30,594 nucleotides of DNA from Bacteroidota bacterium (GTDB taxonomy: Bacteria; Bacteroidota; Bacteroidia; Bacteroidales; VadinHA17): the NCBI GenBank assembly GCA_030628785.1, contig DAOVQI010000001.1, positions 1-30,594 on the forward strand, read 5' to 3'. The position numbers and the translations under genes were made by a program. The notes under the pieces are model-generated. The model worked only from the letters and a program-made list of their open reading frames with translations, did no database searches and was not told the origin of the DNA. Below are positions 8,519-15,848 of this stretch, piece after piece (positions within the stretch are counted from its first letter, which is position 1; each line of letters begins with the position of its first letter).

Positions 8519-11500
8519 TTATGCTTTTAATCCCAGTGAACAAATAATTTTTGGCGGGCGGTTTTCCAATTCTTCTTTATCGATAATACATAACCGGCCC
8601 TCTTCTCTTAAAGCCACAACCAGTTCGGCAAGTCGCTGATCATCAATTCCTGTTTTCAACCAACGATTCAGTGAATCACGGGCATATTCCCTGAGAGGAT
8701 ACTTGTAAATTTCGTCAATAGCACGCTTTAAGTTCTCATTTGCAAATAATGTATTTTGATATTCCCGGTAGTAACTGTTCAGGCGCATATAAACCCTGTA
8801 CCTTGCACCGGTCTTTTTCCCGAGCTGTCCACCAATATCTGATTCGGTATCTTTAATGTATTCCACACCAGTTGCGACCAGTTTATGATGTTCTGGTATT
8901 TTATGCACAGCTATTGTTTCAGGTTTACAGGCTGCAGTTTTGAGTATTCTTAACTGGGATTGTGTAATTATATTATTACTGGTATCAATCCATGTAAGTA
9001 TATCGTTATCATCAGCGGTTTTGGTATAGACGATGACCCCTTCCGGATTTGTATCTGAAACTTCAGCCTTCCTGGTACTGTATATTACATCAGGATATTC
9101 CGGAATTATCTTTTGTAGTTTTGGGTAATCATCAATGGCATTTTTCCAAATCTGGTAAGCATATGAAGCTAAGTCCACCTCTCCGTCATCTTCATCGTCC
9201 AGAATACCTGCTTTTTCATTGTACAAATCTGAGATATTAACAGGATCTCCTTCAAAGAAAACCTCATCGGATCCCACTACTTCGGCATTTTCTCTTATTC
9301 TCCTTGTTAAACGCCTTCTCAGTCCGATAATCCTTTCAATTCCATCTTCAGGTAAGAAAGAGTAACAAAGAATTTGCTCAGATTTCTGTCCGATACGGTC
9401 CACCCTGCCAGTCCGTTGGATCAACCTGATAATTGCCCAGGGAAGGTCATAATTAACTACGATATACCCGTCTTGTAAATTTTGGCCTTCGCTAAGTACA
9501 TCGGTTGTAATTAAAACCCTGATTTCACCCTTCTCTCCCAACTCTTCCTTTTTGACTTCGTTACTTATGGGACTAAAGCGATAGGCAAGATCTGTCGGAT
9601 CTTCGCTATCACCCGTTGCGCATTCAATTCTTTTAATCCCTCTTTTCTTTAACTGTTCAAATAAATAATGGGCTGTATCCGCGAATTGGGTAAATACGAT
9701 AATTTTCTCTTTTGCGTATTTTACAGAACATAAATCATATAAGGCATTTAATTGCCTGTCTTCATATGCATTCCAATCCTTACCTAACTTTAGGATTTCA
9801 ATCAGTTTCCGTGCATCTTCAATGAGCAGGTTCTTTACTTGTTTTAAAAACAATCCCGAACTAATCCACTGATATTTCTTTCTTTCATTTGCCTGAGAGA
9901 TGATTTGATAAATTTCTTCAGCATTTTTTAAGTACGTTTCTTCATCTAAAACCAGTTTTAAAAAGTTTGTTTTATTTTGGCTATCAGGATCTTCATCTTC
10001 CAAAAATTCATCCAACATATTTGCCTCCTGCGAGCCAATAGAGAAAGGTAAATTATTTTCTATGGCATAGACGAAAATAAAGTTCCTTAAAATATGCCTT
10101 GATATTGACAATAGGAAGGAATATCCGCTGCTTTCGAGCCTTTTGAATAGTCCTGTCCTTGAGAATCCTATTAATCTTTTACCGGCTCTTGCCAAATTCT
10201 CAATAACAACCTTTTCATTAGGTGTTGGAACAAGTAAAGATTTCTCATCAAGGTAATTACCTAAACCATATCTGACAAGTTCCAGTTTGTTAATGATATT
10301 TACAACTTCAGTCGAGTATAATTTTGCATATTGATCAGCAGGATTATTCGGATCAAATTCATATTCCATTTTTCTTGGTATCCTATCCGGGAAATATGAG
10401 CGATCTCCGTTACTAAAAAGTAAATATTTTCTATCTTTTAAAGAATCATACCTGGCATAATTACCCTTAATAAAACTTCGGGTACGTCTGACTAGGTACA
10501 ATCTCATCAATTCCCTCCAATCATCCGTATAATCACTTTTTTCAAAAGCCGGCAAGCTTCTTATTCCATGTTGATGTCTGGCTGCAAATTCCACCTTTCC
10601 ACCTATTTCAGTAATGTAATTTTCGGGGCTGATCCCCAAATCTTTATCTTCAGGAATAAATAGCCTTAATGGGCTTGAAAGGTCCAGGTAATCTTTATTG
10701 TATGGTGTCGCTGTGAGTAAAACGACCATGCTGTCATTTTCCTGTATATATTCATTAATCGCCCGATATCTTTTGCCTTCACGATTTCTTAAATTATGGC
10801 TTTCATCGATAATAACTAACCTGTATCGCCTTAGTGAAGGTAATTTCGTTTGCACCTGTGATATTGGTAGAATTTGCGATACCCTTTTTAATTCATATTT
10901 ATCCGCATATTTCTTCCACATTTTTACAATGTTAACCGGACATAAAATTAGTGTTTCCATGCCCAGATCTTCTTCAAACATTTTTGCGATGGTGATAGCT
11001 ATAATTGTTTTTCCCAATCCGACAACATCACCAATCATAACACCGTTACGCTTATTCAGGTGATGGGCAGCGATTAAAACTGCTTTTTCCTGGAATTCTA
11101 AAAGTTCTTTTTGGAAAATCTTAGGAATTTTAAATTCCTGTAATCCTGCTCTGGCTTCTATCGACAAGTGATAAGCTATTTTTAAATAAATATGATACGG
11201 TGGAATAAGTTTTTCTCCGGCCCAACTTTCCTCGATAATTTCAATTAATTCCTTGGTAATATCAATACACCACCTGTCCTCCCATCTATCTTCAAACCAT
11301 CTGGCTAGTTTTTCAGCAGCATCCCGATCTAGCACATCAATATTCAATTCTCCTTGCTTGACGAGGCCTGCAAGAGTCAAATTACTGCTCCCCAGATATC
11401 CAATTATTGGATTTATCTTATCTTCCCGAAATGCAAGATATAGTTTAGCATGTAACGCATGCCTGAGGAATAGCTTTACAACAACCTTATTATCTTTAAG

Positions 11501-11860
11501 CTGTTTTCCAAGTTTTCTCAATCCTAGTTCGTCTTCTTCAGTTGGAGTACCAATAGTTAGTTGATTTCTGAATTCAACAGCAAGTTGTTTTTTTATCTTG
11601 CTTGCAGCAGCATTATCTATTGGCTTATCAATATTTATAAAATATTCTGAAATAACATCACGAGGTAATTTTTGCATCCCCACCAAAAGCCGACATCTGT
11701 TGTTCTCCTCACCCGAAAATTTGTCAATATTATCCGCAACCTGTTTCCATCCTCTAAGGTTAAAATATCCAACACAAAAATCAGTTCTCTGCGATACCTC
11801 AAGGGATTCATTTAATCCCTTAGTCAAATGGTTTACTATATTGTCATAAATTTTAGGCAT
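8519..11860 (-). CDS. PLD-family nuclease fused to SNF2-like SF2 helicase
   Basis: N-terminal VGYFNLRGW, LHAKLYLA and GSSNLT (single PLD HxK...GSxN motif); Walker A GDVVGLGKT; IIDESHN; LLTATP; TDVLSEGQNLQ; YDLPWAIIRLIQRTGRVDRIG. Confidence 0.92.
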   Translation of the reverse strand: MPKIYDNIVNHLTKGLNESLEVSQRTDFCVGYFNLRGWKQVADNIDKFSGEENNRCRLLVGMQKLPRDVISEYFINIDKPIDNAAASKIKKQLAVEFRNQLTIGTPTEEDELGLRKLGKQLKDNKVVVKLFLRHALHAKLYLAFREDKINPIIGYLGSSNLTLAGLVKQGELNIDVLDRDAAEKLARWFEDRWEDRWCIDITKELIEIIEESWAGEKLIPPYHIYLKIAYHLSIEARAGLQEFKIPKIFQKELLEFQEKAVLIAAHHLNKRNGVMIGDVVGLGKTIIAITIAKMFEEDLGMETLILCPVNIVKMWKKYADKYELKRVSQILPISQVQTKLPSLRRYRLVIIDESHNLRNREGKRYRAINEYIQENDSMVVLLTATPYNKDYLDLSSPLRLFIPEDKDLGISPENYITEIGGKVEFAARHQHGIRSLPAFEKSDYTDDWRELMRLYLVRRTRSFIKGNYARYDSLKDRKYLLFSNGDRSYFPDRIPRKMEYEFDPNNPADQYAKLYSTEVVNIINKLELVRYGLGNYLDEKSLLVPTPNEKVVIENLARAGKRLIGFSRTGLFKRLESSGYSFLLSISRHILRNFIFVYAIENNLPFSIGSQEANMLDEFLEDEDPDSQNKTNFLKLVLDEETYLKNAEEIYQIISQANERKKYQWISSGLFLKQVKNLLIEDARKLIEILKLGKDWNAYEDRQLNALYDLCSVKYAKEKIIVFTQFADTAHYLFEQLKKRGIKRIECATGDSEDPTDLAYRFSPISNEVKKEELGEKGEIRVLITTDVLSEGQNLQDGYIVVNYDLPWAIIRLIQRTGRVDRIGQKSEQILCYSFLPEDGIERIIGLRRRLTRRIRENAEVVGSDEVFFEGDPVNISDLYNEKAGILDDEDDGEVDLASYAYQIWKNAIDDYPKLQKIIPEYPDVIYSTRKAEVSDTNPEGVIVYTKTADDNDILTWIDTSNNIITQSQLRILKTAACKPETIAVHKIPEHHKLVATGVEYIKDTESDIGGQLGKKTGARYRVYMRLNSYYREYQNTLFANENLKRAIDEIYKYPLREYARDSLNRWLKTGIDDQRLAELVVALREEGRLCIIDKEELENRPPKIICSLGLKA

Positions 11861-11876
11861 ATAATCAGTTTTAGTC

Positions 11877-11884
11877 CAAATTTA
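11877..11884 (-). promoter_or_regulatory. Possible -7 promoter box for the helicase-MTase operon
   Basis: TAAATTTG on the minus strand 17 nt upstream of the ATG; no clear -33 box. Confidence 0.45.
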
Positions 11885-12021
11885 GAAAAACCATTTGTAA
11901 AATTACACTCTTTTGCTAGTTTATGTCTGCTGTTTAGCATTGCGGGACTTGCAAATGTGTGTAATGTACGTAGGCATTAGAATTTTGAAATTTTTGTGCA
12001 GTATAATAAAAGATTAAAATA

Positions 12022-12039
12022 TCCCGATAGCTATCGGGA
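12022..12039. repeat. Perfect 18-bp palindrome (REP-like)
   Basis: TCCCGATAG-CTATCGGGA. Confidence 0.8.
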
Positions 12040-12147
12040 GGCCGGCAATGAGTGCCTGTGAGTCAGTCCACAAGTCAAGTTTTCAATATCAAGTTTAATA
12101 TTTCATTTAATTGTCATTTGTCATGTCTTTGTCTTTTTTCCGCTTGT

Positions 12148-12285
12148 GTATAACCGGTTTGGCAGTATGATTAGCTCCGCATCTGTCAGGCCACTGAATA
12201 TTTTATCGGTTTGACGTATTTGTTTTTTATTTGTTTTAATGCTTTTCTAATCAAAACGCGGCGTTAACTATACTGCCTGTTGAGT
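12148..12285 (-). other. attC-like recombination site (138 bp), apparently intact
   Basis: On the minus strand: begins within 3 nt of the stop of the 539-aa gene with ACTCAAC (RYYYAAC) and ends GTTATAC. Internal imperfect inverted repeat GGCAGTATAGTTAACGCCGC / GCGGAGCTAATCATACTGCC with asymmetric spacers to the AAC and GTT triplets. Confidence 0.7.
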
Positions 12286-12287
12286 AG

Positions 12288-13907
12288 TTAATAATCGGTC
12301 AAACTTAAACCTATGTTGAAAATATGAAGTTTTAAATTGTTCCCGGCTTTTTCCCATTTTTCTTTTTCATTTTCTACTATCTTATATGGTAATATGAATC
12401 CATATGGGTACAGTACTTTGGTTTGTCTAATGCACCCTTCCCTTTTTAATCCTTTGGATTCATCAAAATAGCTTACTCTGAAAAGAAAGTTCCCAACTTG
12501 TGCGCAAACCATGAAGAAATCATTTGTCATTTCTTCAGCAATTTTCCTGTCTATTAATTTTAATCGCAAAAGACTTCCCATAGCAAAAGCTCCTTTATTC
12601 ACAATGAAATTCAAATCATATGTTTCACAGTCAGCAATTTCTACCAAAAAGCCATAAGGTATTTTTCCTTCTTTTATCTCTATACAGGTATTATCAGGCA
12701 ATATGGGTGTAAGATTGGATTTTATTGAAAGTAAAATTGCCTTAACAGTAATCCATAAAGCTATCTGTTTAGCATTATGTTTGTCTAGATTTAATTCACT
12801 TAGGTTCGTTTTTAATTTTTTTGGTTCAAAGATTAGAATGGCCTTAACATTCTCTTCAAGTTGAGACATCCAGGTTGTATTACAACTTATACAAACATGA
12901 TGAGTAGTATAACCATATGAGCTTTCAGTTCCTTTGGAAAGGCCTGATTGTAACGTTGTCAGCAAGTCATCTTCGGGTAATCTTGCATGTAATATGTTAC
13001 TGAATGTTTTTTCTTCAAAATAGTTCCTCATCCATTTGGCAAAAATGTGTTCCCCACTTATATTATCAGAACCACAAAAAATGCATTTGTTCTTCTCAAA
13101 TTTCGGTATAATCGCTATCTTTTCATTTTTGCCTAATTTGGATAAAATCTCATTAATTCTTGCAAATGGTTTTATATAGTGTTTTGGTATCTCCAATTCC
13201 ATTTCTTTTTCTGAATAATTAACCAAAGTTTCATGAAAAACTAATCCTTCTTTATTGCCTGATTTAGAGCTAATAATTTTTAAATTAGTTTTTCCGTATG
13301 GGTTTAGTATATCTCTTATTTCAGATAAATAACTATACCATTCACTTTTGACTTTAATGGAAACAGTTTTTATATCATAGAGCCATGTGTAATACTTATT
13401 ATTGTTTATTGCAAAACAGTAATAACAATCTATCCAATTGATTCCGTAATGAGGATTTTCCTTATAAAACAAGAATGATTCACAAGGGATGTGTTTAGAT
13501 CCCAATATTTCCATAACTTGATTTGGCGATTCAAGTTTTCCTTGTATTAACCTCTTTGCTTCTTTTATGAAGTATCCTTTTTTGTCCGAGATTTTAATTC
13601 TACAGCCGAAATTGTTTGCAAAAATTTCTAAAGTATCGAGTAAGTCCACCTCATTTGATATAAATTTGCGTGGTATCCAATAAGCAAAACCAAACAGGAT
13701 TTCTCCATTTACTACTTGTGTGCATAGTAGTAGATGGGATAATTTATTATCACGAAATTTTTTCAGATAAAGTGAGATATCGTTCTTGAGAAACTGAGTT
13801 TTATCTGGGCTTTCAAAGGTGGAAACAACTATGTTTTCTTCAACTTTTAACTGTTTCTTAAAGATATTATTAAAATTATCTCCTAGAATTATATTATTCA
13901 TCAGCAA
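12288..13907 (-). CDS. Two-domain protein: unknown N-terminal half + C-terminal HNH/His-Me finger nuclease-like domain
   Basis: CIFCGSDNISGEHIFAKW and VCISCNTTWMSQLE (CxxC...EH / CxxCN). The real start may be the ATG at 13901. Confidence 0.7.
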   Translation of the reverse strand: MLMNNIILGDNFNNIFKKQLKVEENIVVSTFESPDKTQFLKNDISLYLKKFRDNKLSHLLLCTQVVNGEILFGFAYWIPRKFISNEVDLLDTLEIFANNFGCRIKISDKKGYFIKEAKRLIQGKLESPNQVMEILGSKHIPCESFLFYKENPHYGINWIDCYYCFAINNNKYYTWLYDIKTVSIKVKSEWYSYLSEIRDILNPYGKTNLKIISSKSGNKEGLVFHETLVNYSEKEMELEIPKHYIKPFARINEILSKLGKNEKIAIIPKFEKNKCIFCGSDNISGEHIFAKWMRNYFEEKTFSNILHARLPEDDLLTTLQSGLSKGTESSYGYTTHHVCISCNTTWMSQLEENVKAILIFEPKKLKTNLSELNLDKHNAKQIALWITVKAILLSIKSNLTPILPDNTCIEIKEGKIPYGFLVEIADCETYDLNFIVNKGAFAMGSLLRLKLIDRKIAEEMTNDFFMVCAQVGNFLFRVSYFDESKGLKREGCIRQTKVLYPYGFILPYKIVENEKEKWEKAGNNLKLHIFNIGLSLTDY

Positions 13908-13915
13908 GTAATTCT

Positions 13916-13965
13916 GACCAACGTTTTTATAACGTATTGTATATTAGGACTATATAAAGTTGCAG
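13916..13965 (-). other. Collapsed/degenerate attC-like site
   Basis: Plus strand: gaccAAC-gttt..., then ttatAAC-gtattg-TATAT-taggact-ATATA-aa-GTTgcag. Same AAC + 6 nt + stem...stem + GTT layout as 12148-12285 but only ~40 bp. Confidence 0.4.
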
Positions 13966-14004
13966 TTTTTACCCTATTTATCCTAATTATTATTTTGTTC
14001 TAAT

Positions 14005-14535
14005 TTATCTTAAATCAGGTATTTTATACTCTTTTTTCAGGTATCCAATAAATTCTAATGTATTCTTGAAAGATTCACCAAAAAATGAGAACATTTCCAT
14101 ATCTGTCAAACCGTCAGTATATGGTAAAGTGTCTTGTATTGAAAAGTCAGCGTTTTGATTCACAACTGTCTCGGTTATGACGCTACCTAATAAGGACCCA
14201 CTTTGAGGATTTGCTACCCACTTGTTGTAGGCATAATGATAATTTGCATATCGTTTACCTATCTCTTGATAAAACAATTGAATTTCATTTTCTTATAGTC
14301 CAATGTCGTCACATAGTTTCTGATGTAACATATTCTTATATTCTTTTGAAGGGATAGTTAATGAAATTACCCATAGAGAGAAAATTTTTGTCTCAAGGCT
14401 TAATAGCTGTTCGTCTCCAGAGAAATCAGTCTTTTCTTTAATATAATCCTGAAGTCCCTTGTCTATCTTAATTCTTACATCTAAAAGGGCGTTCAGTAAT
14501 TCATCAAGGGTAAGTTTTCTCCTAAATAGTTTCAT
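14005..14535 (-). pseudogene. Hypothetical 176-codon gene interrupted by one in-frame TAA
   Basis: ORFs 14293-14535 and 14005-14277 are in the same frame: ...DDIGL*ENEIQLFYQEIGKRY... Confidence 0.8.
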
Positions 14536-14548
14536 TTTCTTTTAATTT

Positions 14549-14568
14549 TGTACAATGCATTGTACGCA
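14549..14568 (-). other. attC-like site reduced to its two fused ends
   Basis: TGTACAA-tgca-TTGTACGCA between a stop codon (14573) and the next start (14535); resembles ...TACAA(C) and (G)TTGTAC... ends with the interior deleted. Confidence 0.45.
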
Positions 14569-14572
14569 GTTA

Positions 14573-15313
14573 TTATTTAATCTTTCCTGATAATTTACTT
14601 TCAAAAATTTCCGCTGTCGGATTATATTTTGAAATTAATGCTTCAACTATTTGTCTATCACCTAGTACACATTTTGGACCAATTACTATCTTCATTTCTT
14701 TTAAAGACTCTATATTCAAATCTACATCATAAAACTCTATACTAGGCGGAATCCTTTTATCGATAAATTTCTCATAAGCTACTGGGAAATTTTCTATAGA
14801 CACATTAGGGTCAAATGGATAAATTTCCATTTTGTACCTTACCTCATCTTCTATTTTCCAGATAGTTCTTTTTCTTAGACCTAAAGCTGATGTTTTTAAA
14901 CCAATATCTGTTCTGATTTTAGGAAAAAGTCTATCTTCATCATCAGTATACTCTACTAAAACTGGTTTATTTTCAGCTGGCAATATGAAGATTCTTTTTT
15001 GATCATTCAAAGAATCATTTTTAGTTATAATAAAATCTGAATAATCACCAATCTTATAACTATTAAAGACAGGTGTAGGAAGCTCAATTCTTATTCCCCT
15101 CATTTTATCTGTATACATATTCCATAAAGCAAAATTTTCCTCTGAATTTTTTGTCCAACAAGAAACAAACATATACATTGCCATTGCCCCAAAATCTTTG
15201 GAAATACCTTCATTTGGATCATTAACAAGGTCAAGCCGATTAAACCTAATTTTTTTTGAATCAAGAATTAAAGCTAATTTATTTATAGAAGAATAATGAA
15301 ATAATTCTGTCAT
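14573..15313 (-). CDS. DUF2971-domain protein
   Basis: LFHYSS...IRFNRLDLVNDPNEG, FVSCWT...NFALWNMYT, WKIEDEVRY, IVIGPK pattern typical of DUF2971. Confidence 0.75.
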   Translation of the reverse strand: MTELFHYSSINKLALILDSKKIRFNRLDLVNDPNEGISKDFGAMAMYMFVSCWTKNSEENFALWNMYTDKMRGIRIELPTPVFNSYKIGDYSDFIITKNDSLNDQKRIFILPAENKPVLVEYTDDEDRLFPKIRTDIGLKTSALGLRKRTIWKIEDEVRYKMEIYPFDPNVSIENFPVAYEKFIDKRIPPSIEFYDVDLNIESLKEMKIVIGPKCVLGDRQIVEALISKYNPTAEIFESKLSGKIK

Positions 15314-15387
15314 AGCTATATTATAATTTGCTTTTGCACTGTTTAATAGTCAATGAAATAGTTCAGTCTGTCTTTTTGGGAAATTGC

Positions 15388-15413
15388 GTATAACTCATTT
15401 ATAAAATTATGCC
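15388..15413 (-). other. Right half of an attC-like site (left half missing)
   Basis: Minus strand GGCATAATTTTAT-aaatga-GTTATAC: same GTTATAC core as 12148, 75 nt upstream of the DUF2971 ATG. No complementary arm found upstream. Confidence 0.5.
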
Positions 15414-15517
15414 TTTTCAGTAAATACTACTTAATATTGTGTTAATATACATATTTCCGAAAAATTATTCAATATTAAAAACCGGATAAAAAAAATAAAA
15501 AAATAGGGACAGCATCT

Positions 15518-15848
15518 GCAGCAGCCATCTCTCTTGTTGATGAGCAAATAGGAAGGGTAATAAAAGCTTTGAAAGAGACAGGACAATATGAAAAATACGT
15601 TAATTTTGTATACAGCAGACCACGGAGACATGATTGATGGGCGATCAAAACATGTGGAGAAAATGCTTAAACTACTTGAAGGGAAAATACCGTGGCGGAA
15701 AATACTGGATATGGAACATAGCAAGATATATGAAAAAGAAAATGCCTGGGTGGCTCTGACAGATGGAAGGTACAAATATGTATATTTTACATTAACCGGG
15801 ACCAAGCAGTTATTTAACTTAAAAACAGGAGGAAATTATTATGATTAA
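15518..15848 (+). pseudogene. Sulfatase relic (5'-truncated, frameshifted, internally deleted)
   Basis: AAISLVDEQIGRVIKALKETGQYE, +1 shift in the A run at 15591-15595, then NTLILYTADHGDM (sulfatase DHG motif) and LTDGRYKYVY...QLFNL. Confidence 0.8.

Noticed and set aside
5236-11860. Calling the helicase-MTase pair DISARM or BREX
   Set aside because: No drmA/drmB/drmC or brx/pglZ genes in the window, and the helicase carries its own PLD domain; only a resemblance is claimed.
15431-15805. 124-aa minus-strand ORF
   Set aside because: Antisense shadow of the sulfatase relic, with low-complexity sequence and no motifs.
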